64,000 bases of DNA from SAR116 cluster bacterium AG-321-K23 (GTDB taxonomy: Bacteria; Pseudomonadota; Alphaproteobacteria; Puniceispirillales; Marisalimonadaceae), in the NCBI GenBank assembly GCA_003284565.1, contig QBXO01000003.1:16558-80557 (forward strand). Reading direction: 5' to 3'. Positions 1 to 10,150 of the stretch are shown here, one piece after another. The notes below the pieces were generated by a model. The model was given only the letters and a program-made list of their open reading frames with translations. It ran no database searches and had not been told where the DNA came from. The translations under genes were made by a program, and so were the position numbers. Position 1 is the first letter of the stretch, and each line of letters starts with the position of its first letter.

Positions 1-1341
1 CTCTAATCCATGAACTATAATTGGTTCAGCAATAATTTGACCAACAGTCATTCTTGGATTTAAAGAAGCAAAAGGATCTTGAAAAATCATTTGCATCTTT
101 TTTCTATACTGAATCATTTCATTATTATTCAAATCTGTTAAGTCTACACCTTCAAAAAAAACTTCACCTCTTATAGGTGAAGTTAATCCTATGATACTTC
201 GTCCCGTTGTAGACTTTCCACATCCACTCTCACCAACTAACCCAAGTGTTTCTCCTGGTTGCAAACTAAAGCTAATATTTTCAACTGCATGAATATTTCC
301 CCCTGCCCTTCCAAAATCTTGTTTGATTAAAAACCTTGTGGTCAAACCTTTCACTTCGAGCAATGGAGAAGAAGTCCTATTAACAGTATCTTTCATTTCT
401 ACAACTTCTTTTGTCGAAACTGTCTCCATATTTTTTTGATTATTAGAAGATTTTAAATTAAGGTTAATAAATTTTGCTGGTAATTTTTTACCAATCATAC
501 TCCCAAGTTTTGGAACAGCTGCTAACAATGACTTAGTGTATGGATGTTTAGGATTTTGAAAAATTTCAATGGCCGTGCCTTCTTCAACTTTTTTCCCACC
601 AAACATAACAACAACTCTGTCAGCGACCTCTGCAACAACACCCATATCATGAGTAATGAACATTACTGACATGCCTATGTCTTTTTGCAACATTTTTATT
701 AAATCCAGTATTTGTGACTGAATTGTTACGTCCAGTGCTGTTGTAGGTTCATCTGCAATTAATAATGAAGGCTTACAGCTTAATGCCATTGCAATCATAA
801 CTCTTTGTCTCATACCACCAGAGAGTTCGTGTGGATATTGCTTCAATCTTTTTTCTGGTTCAGGTATCCTCACCAATTTGATCATTTCAAGTGCAATTTC
901 AAAAGCTTCTTTTTTTGTTTTTCCTTGATGCTTAATTATTGTTTCAGTAATTTGCATGCCAATAGTAAATACTGGATTTAGTGATGTCATAGGTTCTTGG
1001 AATATCATTGAAATATCATTTCCTCTGATATCTCTCATTGTTTCTTGATCAAGCTGGGCTAAATTAAGATTAAGATTATTTTTTGATTGAAGGTTTATTT
1101 CACCTGAAATTATTCTACCTCTAGAGTAATCAGTAAGTCTCATTAAAGATAGTGCTGTAACAGACTTACCTGAACCTGATTCACCTACTATTGCAATAGT
1201 CTCACCTTTATTGATGTTAAAAGAAATGCCATCAACAGCTTTTACAACTTTATCTTTTAGTTGAAATTGAACTTTAAGATCTTTTACTTCAACAACTGAT
1301 TTAGAAGTTTTATTTTCAGTATTCAAATTACTTTTATTCAT
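1..1341 (-). CDS. Dipeptide/oligopeptide-type ABC transporter ATP-binding protein, fused double ATPase (3' end runs off window)
   Basis: Manual translation from ATG at 1341, which overlaps the upstream ORF's TGA (ATGA): MNKSNLNTENKTSKSVVEVKDL..., Walker A GESGSGKS, signature LSGGMRQR, ADEPTTALD, second Walker A GESGCGKS. Confidence 0.92.
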   Translation of the reverse strand, partial: MNKSNLNTENKTSKSVVEVKDLKVQFQLKDKVVKAVDGISFNINKGETIAIVGESGSGKSVTALSLMRLTDYSRGRIISGEINLQSKNNLNLNLAQLDQETMRDIRGNDISMIFQEPMTSLNPVFTIGMQITETIIKHQGKTKKEAFEIALEMIKLVRIPEPEKRLKQYPHELSGGMRQRVMIAMALSCKPSLLIADEPTTALDVTIQSQILDLIKMLQKDIGMSVMFITHDMGVVAEVADRVVVMFGGKKVEEGTAIEIFQNPKHPYTKSLLAAVPKLGSMIGKKLPAKFINLNLKSSNNQKNMETVSTKEVVEMKDTVNRTSSPLLEVKGLTTRFLIKQDFGRAGGNIHAVENISFSLQPGETLGLVGESGCGKSTTGRSIIGLTSPIRGEVFFEGVDLTDLNNNEMIQYRKKMQMIFQDPFASLNPRMTVGQIIAEPIIVHGLE

Positions 1342-2204
1342 AAAATACCTTTTTCGATTTGTAATTTAATCTCATTTAACAAACGTCCAATATTTGTTTT
1401 TAAAAGATCAAAATTATCTGATTTTATTCTTGTTATTTCGTCCATATATAATCTTCTATTAACCTCAATTTGGACTGAATTCTTATTAATTTCAGGGTCA
1501 CTATAAGCATCTACAAGTTCCATACCTTTGTATGGATCATTAATATCAACAGAGTAGTTTAAACTTCTCAAAAAATCTACAATAAGGTCAGTAAATTCTC
1601 TTTTACAAGATGTTCCATTTCTATCACCAATAACAAAATCTGGTCTCTTAGTGCCTTTTTCTTGATCAGACATTGCTGTAGCTTTGTTTTGCATTGAATG
1701 AGCGTTTATGTGATAAAATTTTCCAAAATTTTGATAAGTACTACTCATAATTTCTTTTAGTGTTTTATGGTAAGGTCTATGATATTTTTTAACCCTGTGA
1801 ATGAATTCGCTGAATTTTATTTTGTTTGCATACATAGGCTCTCCATTTGGAGGAATTCGCAACCAAATCAAACCAATACCTAATTCACTCTTAATTGTAG
1901 GGTTGAATAAAATTTTTTCTTCTTTAACTTCAACATCAATAAGTTCTTCAATTGGAAAATCAGTTTCTGCTCGGTTGGGATCAATATAGGATCTAGGAAA
2001 ATTAGCATTTAAGATTACACCACCTATTTCAGAGACATAATTATATAATTCGTCAACGTACGAATCTTCTGCCTGTCTTAATTTAGAAAACTCAGCCTGA
2101 TGCTTAAAATCTGATGGATAAACAACTCCACTATGAGGAGAGTCAACTATTAAAGGAATAGATTGACCTTCTTCTCCAAGAACGTTTAAAATCATATTTA
2201 CCAA
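1338..2204 (-). CDS. hutG: N-formylglutamate amidohydrolase (FGase family)
   Basis: DSPHSG, RSYIDPNR, YHRPYH, HSM, PDFVIGDR, NDPYKG and QIEVNRRLY motifs. Confidence 0.8.
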   Translation of the reverse strand: MVNMILNVLGEEGQSIPLIVDSPHSGVVYPSDFKHQAEFSKLRQAEDSYVDELYNYVSEIGGVILNANFPRSYIDPNRAETDFPIEELIDVEVKEEKILFNPTIKSELGIGLIWLRIPPNGEPMYANKIKFSEFIHRVKKYHRPYHKTLKEIMSSTYQNFGKFYHINAHSMQNKATAMSDQEKGTKRPDFVIGDRNGTSCKREFTDLIVDFLRSLNYSVDINDPYKGMELVDAYSDPEINKNSVQIEVNRRLYMDEITRIKSDNFDLLKTNIGRLLNEIKLQIEKGIL

Positions 2205-2254
2205 AATGAATTCCTTATTTTCAAAATGTATAAATATTATTGAGTGTACTAAAA

Positions 2255-3427
2255 ATGAATATCAAGCAAAAAATTAAAGATATAGTTCCAGAAATGATTG
2301 AATGGAGACATCAAATTCATGAAAAACCAGAAATTGCATATCAAGAAAAAGTTACATCGAAATTCATCGCAGAAAAATTAAAAGATTTTGGTGTAGAAGT
2401 AGTTCAAAATTTTGGTAAAACAGGTGTTGTAGGAATTATTGAAGGAAAACAAAATAAAGAACAAGAAAAATCTATTGCAATTCGAGCGGATATGGATGCA
2501 CTCCCAATGACTGAAAAGACTAATTTGCCTTATTCTTCTAAAAATGAGGGTGCAATGCATGCATGTGGGCACGATGGACATGCAACAATGTTGTTAGGAG
2601 CTGCAAAATATCTATCTGAAACAAAAAATTTTTATGGAAAAGTTTATTGTGTTTTTCAACCTGCAGAGGAAGGTGGAAATGCAGGTGCGATGGCAATGAT
2701 AAATGATGGCCTTTTTAAGAAATTTAAAATTGATAGCGTTTGGGGTATTCACAATTGGCCAGGTATACCCGTAGGTGAAGCAGTTATTCATGAAGGGTTT
2801 GCTATGGCGGGGGGTGATATAATTGTAATTGATATAAAAGGAAAAGGTGGACATGCAGCACAACCTCAATATGCAAATGATCCTATGGTAGCTGCTGGAT
2901 TAACTATAACTGCATTGCAAAGTTTAATATCAAGACAATTGGATCCTTTTAAAAGTGCCGTCTTATCTATAACTAAAATTGTAGGTGGATCTGCATTTAA
3001 TGTAATACCAGACAATATAACAATTGGTGGGACTCTTAGATCTACAGATCAGAAAAATAGAAATATGATGCTAGATAAAATAAAAAAGGTAGTGACTAAC
3101 GCGTGTGCTATAAGTAATTGTGAAGTATCTATTGAAATTCGTCCAGGATATCCACCGACTATAAATAATAAGGAATGTGCAAAACTTGCTTCTAAAATTT
3201 TTAAAAAAACTTATGGCGAAAACTCAATTAATTTAAACGAAACACCAACTATGGGTTCAGAGGATTTTTCTTACATGCTTGAAGAAAAACCAGGAGCTTA
3301 TATATGGCTTGGTGCAGGAGTAAACTCAGAAAAACTACATAGTCCATTTTATGATTTTAATGATGAACTCTTACCTGTTGGAGCTCAATACTGGTCAGAT
3401 CTAGCTGAAAATATTCTAGTAGAATAA
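2255..3427 (+). CDS. M20D amidohydrolase (hippurate hydrolase-like)
   Basis: RADMDALP, MHACGHDGH, FQPAEEG, GKGGHAA, MGSEDF and LHSP motifs. Confidence 0.9.
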   Translation: MNIKQKIKDIVPEMIEWRHQIHEKPEIAYQEKVTSKFIAEKLKDFGVEVVQNFGKTGVVGIIEGKQNKEQEKSIAIRADMDALPMTEKTNLPYSSKNEGAMHACGHDGHATMLLGAAKYLSETKNFYGKVYCVFQPAEEGGNAGAMAMINDGLFKKFKIDSVWGIHNWPGIPVGEAVIHEGFAMAGGDIIVIDIKGKGGHAAQPQYANDPMVAAGLTITALQSLISRQLDPFKSAVLSITKIVGGSAFNVIPDNITIGGTLRSTDQKNRNMMLDKIKKVVTNACAISNCEVSIEIRPGYPPTINNKECAKLASKIFKKTYGENSINLNETPTMGSEDFSYMLEEKPGAYIWLGAGVNSEKLHSPFYDFNDELLPVGAQYWSDLAENILVE

Positions 3428-3488
3428 AGTTCATAAGAAAATTAGTTAAAAATTTTAATTTCATTATAATGATTTTAAAAATATTTAT

Positions 3489-4259
3489 CTACAAAGATGC
3501 AGTTATGCCACCATCAACATAAAGAGTATGACCATTTACAAAATTTGAGGCTTCAGAACTTAAAAATATACCAGCGCCTACTAATTCATGAACCTCACCC
3601 CACCTTCCCGCTGGAGTTCTTTTTTTTAACCAAGCCGTAAACTCATTGTCAGAAACAAGAGCAGCATTCAAGGGAGTGTCAAAATAACCTGGAGCTATAG
3701 CATTACACTGAATACCATATTTTGCCCAATCTGTTGCCATACCCTTAGTAATATTTCCAACGGCACCCTTTGTTGCAGTGTAAGGAGCAATACCTGGTCT
3801 AGCGAGTGATGTCTGGACACTTCCTATATTTATAATTTTACCTTCACCTCTTTTAATCATGTGCTTTGCAACAACCTGACTTACATTAAAAACTGAAGAT
3901 ACATTTGTTTTTAATAATTCCTCAAACTTTTCTGGAGGAAAATCTTCTAAAGGAGTTCTAAATTGCATTCCAGCGTTATTAATCAAAATATCAATTGGTC
4001 TAATTTCTTGTTCAAATTTATCAATGGATTGCTTAACCTGCTCATAATCAGTAACATCAAAGCATAATTGAAAAATCATTTGCTTAGTGTTAATTGATAC
4101 AGCAGATTGTTTTAATTTTTTAATATTCCTACCATTCAAAATTATATCTGAACCTGCTTCAGCCAAACCATTAGCTAAAGCATACCCAATTCCTTGTGAT
4201 GAACCAGTTATGAGAGCTGTTTTACCCTTTAAGTCAAATAATTTTAATCCTGAGACCAT
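3489..4259 (-). CDS. idnO: Gluconate 5-dehydrogenase / 5-keto-D-gluconate reductase (SDR)
   Basis: TGSSQGIG, NNAGMQFR, SVQTSLARPGIAPYTATKGAV and RTPAGRWG, typical of IdnO/Gno; divergent from idnD. Confidence 0.85.
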   Translation of the reverse strand: MVSGLKLFDLKGKTALITGSSQGIGYALANGLAEAGSDIILNGRNIKKLKQSAVSINTKQMIFQLCFDVTDYEQVKQSIDKFEQEIRPIDILINNAGMQFRTPLEDFPPEKFEELLKTNVSSVFNVSQVVAKHMIKRGEGKIINIGSVQTSLARPGIAPYTATKGAVGNITKGMATDWAKYGIQCNAIAPGYFDTPLNAALVSDNEFTAWLKKRTPAGRWGEVHELVGAGIFLSSEASNFVNGHTLYVDGGITASL

Positions 4260-4366
4260 TTCCTCTCCATTAATAATATTTGCAAAGGTACAGTAATAAC
4301 AAAAAGATTGCTAATTATCTTTCTAAAATTTAAGTTTTATACTTTAATCATATAAAGGTATAATTG

Positions 4367-5398
4367 ATGAAATCTCTAAAGATTCATGGCCCATTAGACT
4401 TGAGGATAGATGATTATCCTGTAGATAGTCTTGGTCCAAATCAAGTTGAAATAAAAATTGCCATTGGCGGTATTTGCGGAACAGATCTTCATTATTATAA
4501 ACATGGTGGATTTGGACAAATTAAATTACGAGAGCCAATGATATTAGGTCATGAAGTTTCTGGATTTATTTCAAAAATTGGGTCAAATGTAAAAAACTTA
4601 TCAATTGGACAATTAGTTTCTATATCACCATCAAGGCCATGTAATAAATGTGATTTCTGTTTAAATGGAAATCAAATTCAATGCATCAATATGAAATTTT
4701 ATGGCTCTGCAATGCCATTTCCACATATACAAGGTGCATTTAGAGAAATATTAATAGTTGAAGATTATCAATGTATTCCCGCTGATGGCCTTTCTCCAGA
4801 GGAAGCTGCAATGGCAGAACCACTTGCTGTTTGTCTTCATGCCATAAAACAAGCAGGGAAACTTTTTGGACAAAAAGTTTTAATTACTGGATCAGGACCT
4901 ATCGGTACTTTATGCGTAGCAGCTACTAGAAGAGCTGGAGCAGAAGAAATAATAGTTACGGATATTTCTAAAAATGCTTTGATGTTTTCAAATTCTGTAG
5001 GAGCAGACAAAGTTATTCATGTGCTAGAGGAACATGATGAACTTAAAAGCTATCAATTTAACAAAGGGTATTTTGATATTGCTATTGAATGTTCAGGATC
5101 AGTAAAAGGTATAAGTGACTCAATAAATTGTCTTAAGCCAAAAGGTACTTTGATACAACTAGGTCTCGGAGGAGATGTCTTGATTCCCCTTTTATCAGTT
5201 ACAACAAAAGAATTAAATTTAAGAGGCTCATTTAGATTTCATTTAGAGTTTGAGCTGGCTGTTAATATGATGAAAAAAAAATTAATAAATGTAAATCCGT
5301 TAATTACCCATAAATTAGATTTTAAATCTGCTAAAGAAGCTTTTGAATTGGCAATGAATAACGAAGAACAAAGTATGAAAGTACAATTATCATTTTAA
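4367..5398 (+). CDS. idnD: L-idonate 5-dehydrogenase (Zn-dependent MDR)
   Basis: GICGTDLHYY, GHE, CxxCxxC-x7-C, FYGSAMPFPHIQGAF and GSFRF. Confidence 0.85.
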   Translation: MKSLKIHGPLDLRIDDYPVDSLGPNQVEIKIAIGGICGTDLHYYKHGGFGQIKLREPMILGHEVSGFISKIGSNVKNLSIGQLVSISPSRPCNKCDFCLNGNQIQCINMKFYGSAMPFPHIQGAFREILIVEDYQCIPADGLSPEEAAMAEPLAVCLHAIKQAGKLFGQKVLITGSGPIGTLCVAATRRAGAEEIIVTDISKNALMFSNSVGADKVIHVLEEHDELKSYQFNKGYFDIAIECSGSVKGISDSINCLKPKGTLIQLGLGGDVLIPLLSVTTKELNLRGSFRFHLEFELAVNMMKKKLINVNPLITHKLDFKSAKEAFELAMNNEEQSMKVQLSF

Positions 5399-5473
5399 AG
5401 TCAATTTGAAGTTGACTCTTATAATTCAATCAATGCATGATTTAAAATCATATAATTAAAAAAGGAAGTTTAA

Positions 5474-6460
5474 ATGAAAAATCTTAAAAATATAATACTT
5501 AGTTTTTCTGCATTAGCTGTAGCATCTACTTTATCTACTGTAGCTATTGCCAAGGAAATGCGTGGATGGAATATTCATAAACCAGGCTATCCTAACACAG
5601 TCGCTATGGATAAATTTGCAGAGTTAGTGAAACAAAAAACTGGTGGAGAAATTACATTAAAAATGTTTCACTCAGGTGTCTTAGGTAATCAACCTGACGC
5701 TATTGAACAAGTCAGAATAGGTGGAATTGAAATTGGTAATTTTAACTTAGGACCAATGGGACCAATGGCCCCAGAGGCAAATGTAGTATCTTTACCATTT
5801 ATTTTTAAGAATATGGGACATATGCATCGCGCTTTAGATGGTGCTGCTGGAGATCAAATAAGTGCAGGAATGGAGAAAATTGGTATAATTGCACTCGCTT
5901 GGTATGACTCAGGTGCTCGATCATTCTACAATTCAAAAAAACCTATTATGAAACCATCTGACGTTAAAGGATTAAAAGTAAGAGTAATGAATAATGAACT
6001 TTATTCTGGAATGATCTCGGCTTTAGGAGGAAATCCTTCACCAATGGCATTTTCAGAAGTTTATCAATCACTAAAAACGGGTGTTGTTGATGGTGCAGAA
6101 AATAATTGGCCATCATATGAATCAACCGGTCACTTTGAAGTTGCAAAATATTATTCTTTATCACAACATTTGATAATACCTGAATGTGTTTGTATTAATG
6201 ATAAAGTATATAACAGCCTATCTGATAAAAACAAAAAAGCAGTAAAGGAAGCTGCACGTGAGTCAGCAAAATTACAAAGAGCGTTGTGGGAAAAAAGAGC
6301 GATTTCCAGTCGTGAAAAAGTAATGAAAGCTGGGGTTAAATTTAATGAAATTCCAAATAAAAAAGCTTTTATGGATGCTATGCAACCAGTTCATACCAAA
6401 TATTTATCAGCTAATCCCAACTTAGTTCCATTGGTTGATTTAATAAAAAACACCAAATAA
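5474..6460 (+). CDS. dctP: TRAP transporter solute-binding protein (sugar-acid type)
   Basis: Signal peptide, GLKVRVM (conserved Arg), EVYQSLKTGVVDGAENN; followed by dctQ and dctM. Confidence 0.92.
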   Translation: MKNLKNIILSFSALAVASTLSTVAIAKEMRGWNIHKPGYPNTVAMDKFAELVKQKTGGEITLKMFHSGVLGNQPDAIEQVRIGGIEIGNFNLGPMGPMAPEANVVSLPFIFKNMGHMHRALDGAAGDQISAGMEKIGIIALAWYDSGARSFYNSKKPIMKPSDVKGLKVRVMNNELYSGMISALGGNPSPMAFSEVYQSLKTGVVDGAENNWPSYESTGHFEVAKYYSLSQHLIIPECVCINDKVYNSLSDKNKKAVKEAARESAKLQRALWEKRAISSREKVMKAGVKFNEIPNKKAFMDAMQPVHTKYLSANPNLVPLVDLIKNTK

Positions 6461-6470
6461 CATTTAAATC

Positions 6471-6500
6471 ATTATTGGCCATATTATTATGGCCAATAAT
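6471..6500 (+). terminator. Perfect 12-bp inverted repeat after dctP (hairpin: partial terminator or mRNA stabiliser)
   Basis: ATTATTGGCCAT-attatt-ATGGCCAATAAT. Confidence 0.6.
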
Positions 6501-6598
6501 TTATATAAATTAAAAGGGCATTTATTATCCAAAAAAAATCTTCGCAATTAATTAAAACATTTATACATTCTCTTGACAAAATTGCTTATGTTTGTGAG

Positions 6599-7045
6599 GT
6601 GCTTACTGGTTTTGCACTTGTTACTATGACTGTTATATTTAGTTGGTTGGTATATGGAAGATATGTTTTAAATGCCACTCCAACATGGGTTGAGCAAGCT
6701 TCATTATTGCTAATTGTTTTTATTGGTTTTTTAGGAGCAGCCGTTGGGATCCACAAAAAAACACATTTGGGTGTAACTTTTTTTAGGGATAACGCACCCG
6801 CTCCAATTAAAATGATAATGGATTTAATAAATCACTTTTTAATCATGATATTTGGGTTTGTTATGATGATTTATAGTTATGAATTAGTTTTATTTAAATG
6901 GGCCACTCAAATACCTTTGATACATATGCCTGAAGGCTTGCGAGCAGTCCCAATTATGATTTGTGGTGGTCTGATTCTACTTTTTTCTATTGGTCATATT
7001 GTGAAGTATAAACACACTATAACTAATAATAAAAATCCTAAATGA
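6599..7045 (+). CDS. dctQ: TRAP small permease; the true start is probably upstream (frame open from 6509)
   Basis: Four hydrophobic segments, GRYVLNATPTWVEQ, HLGV motif; lies between dctP and dctM. Confidence 0.88.
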   Translation: MLTGFALVTMTVIFSWLVYGRYVLNATPTWVEQASLLLIVFIGFLGAAVGIHKKTHLGVTFFRDNAPAPIKMIMDLINHFLIMIFGFVMMIYSYELVLFKWATQIPLIHMPEGLRAVPIMICGGLILLFSIGHIVKYKHTITNNKNPK

Positions 7046-7053
7046 GGTAGGCA

Positions 7054-8334
7054 ATGGGTCTATTAATTATGATGGGAATTTTTGCCTTTGGAGTTATTAT
7101 TGGCGTTCCTGTAGCATTTGCACTTGGTATTGGAGCCGTTTCAGCATTTTATTTCGAGGGATTACCACTAATTATTGCTTTTCAGAGAATTATTTCAGGC
7201 ATAAATGTTTTTTCTCTACTAGCTATTCCATTTTTTATTTTCGCCGGGGAATTAATGTTTCACGGTGGAATAGCTGTAAGGCTTGTTAGATTGGCTTCTT
7301 CTGCTGTTGGAGCGATAAGAGGTGGACTTGGTGTTGTAAATGTATTTGCCTCAATGCTATTTGGTGGCATTTCAGGATCAGCCGTTGCAGACGTTTCAGC
7401 TCTTGGTTCCATCTTGATACCCGTAATGAAAGAAAAAGGATATGATGAAGATTACGCTGTAAATGTTACAGTCACGTCTTCCATAGCTGGAATAATGATA
7501 CCTCCAAGTCACAATATGATTTTGTTTGCTGTGGCTACTGGAGGAGGGGTTTCAATTACTCAACTTTTTTTATCTGGAATAATTCCAGGTGTTGTTATGT
7601 GCATTTGCTTAGCATTAGTTGCATATTTGGTTGCCGTTAAAAGAGGATATAAATCTGAGTTGTTTCCTGGATATTATACTCTATTTATGCATTTTGTAAC
7701 TGCCTTACCTGGCTTGTTTACAGCGGTGATAATAGTGGGAGGTGTGCTTTCAGGAATTTTTACTGTTACTGAGTCTGGCGCTTTTGGAACGATGTATGCC
7801 TTTGTTGTTACTATAATTGTTTATAGAGCATTGACTTGGAAAAATTTCAAAATTGCCGTCATTAATTCAGTAAAAACAACTTCTATGGTGATGATACTTG
7901 TTGCTAGTGCATCGGCTTTTGGATACATGCTTACATTTTACCAAGTACCATCTCAAATGATAAGCTTTATGAATGGTATATCGAGTAATCCCATTGTAAT
8001 TTTATTAATGATAAATGTTATGCTCCTAGTGTTGGGTATGATAATGGATATGGCAGCTTTAATATTAATTTGCACACCAATTTTTTTACCCTTAGCTATG
8101 TCTTTAGGTATGGATCCACTTCAATTTGGCATGATTTTAATGATGAATTTGGGACTTGGATTATGCACACCACCAGTTGGAGCTTGCCTATTTGTTGGTT
8201 GTGCAATAGGCAAAGTACCAATAGAAAAAGCAGTTAAAACAATTTGGCCATTTTATTTCGCTATCTTTCTGGCCCTTATGTTAACCACATTTATTCCTGC
8301 TATTTCTCTAACATTGCCTAATTTAATCAAGTAA
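7054..8334 (+). CDS. dctM: TRAP large permease
   Basis: LLAIPFFIFAGELM, GISGSAVAD, IPPS and TPPVG; highly hydrophobic. Confidence 0.95.
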   Translation: MGLLIMMGIFAFGVIIGVPVAFALGIGAVSAFYFEGLPLIIAFQRIISGINVFSLLAIPFFIFAGELMFHGGIAVRLVRLASSAVGAIRGGLGVVNVFASMLFGGISGSAVADVSALGSILIPVMKEKGYDEDYAVNVTVTSSIAGIMIPPSHNMILFAVATGGGVSITQLFLSGIIPGVVMCICLALVAYLVAVKRGYKSELFPGYYTLFMHFVTALPGLFTAVIIVGGVLSGIFTVTESGAFGTMYAFVVTIIVYRALTWKNFKIAVINSVKTTSMVMILVASASAFGYMLTFYQVPSQMISFMNGISSNPIVILLMINVMLLVLGMIMDMAALILICTPIFLPLAMSLGMDPLQFGMILMMNLGLGLCTPPVGACLFVGCAIGKVPIEKAVKTIWPFYFAIFLALMLTTFIPAISLTLPNLIK

Positions 8335-8366
8335 TAACTATATGTGTAAATATATGAATAGAGATT

Positions 8367-9263
8367 ATGAGCCACGTTAATGTAGATTGTGTTCTAGACA
8401 TAAAAGCTAGTTTAGGAGAAAGCCCAATTTGGTCAGTAGAAGACCAGATTTTATATTGGGTTGATATTAACAATCACTTAATATGTAAATTTGACCCAAT
8501 AAATAAAATAAATAGCATAATTAATGTTGGTGACTTTATTGGATGTTTTGCCCTTAAAAAAAACTTAAATATAGTGTTAGCTTTAACTAATGGTTTTTTT
8601 GAATTAGAACAAAAAAAAGGAAAAATATCTTTTCTTTGCAATCATAAGGATAACAATCCCAAAAATAGATTCAATGACGGAACAGTTGACTCTAGGGGAA
8701 GGTTTTATGCAGGAACTATGTCCTTAAATCCAACGAGTAAAGGAGAAGAACCAAAAGGAAGTCTATATTGCCTTGATCCATCAGGATATATAAAAAAAAT
8801 TTTAGACGGATTTTATACCATCAATGGTCTAGCATTTTCTCCTGATTATAAGACAGCTTATGTTTCTGACAGTGCTCCGTGGATCAGGACCATATGGTCT
8901 TATGATTATAATTTAGAAGATGGTATTTGGTCTAATAAAAAAGTGTTTTTTGAAACTCACCAGATTAATGGAAGACCTGATGGAGGATGTATTGATGCAG
9001 ACGGTTGTTATTGGATGGCAGGAGTTTCTGGATGGGAATTAGTTAGAATTACCCCAAAAGGTAAAATAGATATGATTATAAAAATGCCAATAGAAAAACC
9101 AACAAAAATAGCTTTTGGTGGTGCCAAACTTGATACTATGTATGTTACTTCAATAGGGAGTGACATCACAAAAGGAACTCATAAAAAACAGCCCAAAGCG
9201 GGGGGCATTTTCGCTTTAAGCATACCTGGCATAAAAGGAATTGACTTTCCTTTTTATGGTTAG
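8367..9263 (+). CDS. SMP-30/gluconolactonase/LRE family sugar lactonase
   Basis: LGESPIW, LYWVDI, RFNDG, NGLAFSPD and PDGGCIDADG. Confidence 0.88.
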   Translation: MSHVNVDCVLDIKASLGESPIWSVEDQILYWVDINNHLICKFDPINKINSIINVGDFIGCFALKKNLNIVLALTNGFFELEQKKGKISFLCNHKDNNPKNRFNDGTVDSRGRFYAGTMSLNPTSKGEEPKGSLYCLDPSGYIKKILDGFYTINGLAFSPDYKTAYVSDSAPWIRTIWSYDYNLEDGIWSNKKVFFETHQINGRPDGGCIDADGCYWMAGVSGWELVRITPKGKIDMIIKMPIEKPTKIAFGGAKLDTMYVTSIGSDITKGTHKKQPKAGGIFALSIPGIKGIDFPFYG

Positions 9264-10150
9264 AAATTATTTATTTCAATCTTTATCAAACCTTTAATTT
9301 TCTGATTGGGCATTAGGACGTTATAATTTATATTTTCAATTTTTTTATATGCTAAATTAAATCCATCAGTAGGATGACTTACTGGCTCAACACAAAAATA
9401 CTTAGCATGTTCTGGAACATGTATAATTAAATGTTTGAAAATTTTATCTGTTTTGATCTTTACTTTTTTTCGATTTAAAACCCAAAATATTTCAATCTCT
9501 TCTTGGAAATTCTCATAACATATTGTTTTTTGTTTTTTCCATAACTCACTTCCTTTTTTATAATCAAAATTATTTTCTACAGTTTTAGTTTTGATAGGAA
9601 ATTCTTCTGGACTACCTAACCATTCTCTTTCAGCGCAAAATTTTAATTTAACTTTGTCATCAAAATTAAAATATGGATGAATTCCAAATCCAAATGGCAT
9701 TGGATTGCTTGATTTGTTTAAAATTTCTAATTTAAAAGCTATATTATTACCATCTAAAGTTATTGTTTGAAATGTCTCATAAGACCATGGCCAACCTAAT
9801 TTATTTGCTAAATGCTTATAAGCAATAACAGCAGAGTTCTCTGTTTTTTCTAATATATTCCATTTTCCTAAATATGCATGCCCGTGAATTGCATTAGGTG
9901 GGTCATTCTTGGTTAATTTAAATTCTAATTGATTAAAATTAAACCTAGAGTTTTTTATTCTGTTTGAAAAAGGTACTAAACAAAAGTTTCCGCCCTTATA
10001 AGATTGTAAAGGTTTCTTATTTTGAATTTGAAAAGGACGAAAAATGGGAAATTCATTAAAAACTAACTTGCTTATTCTGCCTCCAAGTTCCGGTATGAGG
10101 TCTAATTTCAGTCTATCAGTTGTTAGTTTTATTACATTTAAATAACTCAT
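9260..10150 (-). CDS. Aldose 1-epimerase (mutarotase) family protein
   Basis: LVPFSNRI, AIHG, GFGIHPYF and FCVEP. Confidence 0.85.
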   Translation of the reverse strand: MSYLNVIKLTTDRLKLDLIPELGGRISKLVFNEFPIFRPFQIQNKKPLQSYKGGNFCLVPFSNRIKNSRFNFNQLEFKLTKNDPPNAIHGHAYLGKWNILEKTENSAVIAYKHLANKLGWPWSYETFQTITLDGNNIAFKLEILNKSSNPMPFGFGIHPYFNFDDKVKLKFCAEREWLGSPEEFPIKTKTVENNFDYKKGSELWKKQKTICYENFQEEIEIFWVLNRKKVKIKTDKIFKHLIIHVPEHAKYFCVEPVSHPTDGFNLAYKKIENINYNVLMPNQKIKGLIKIEINNF

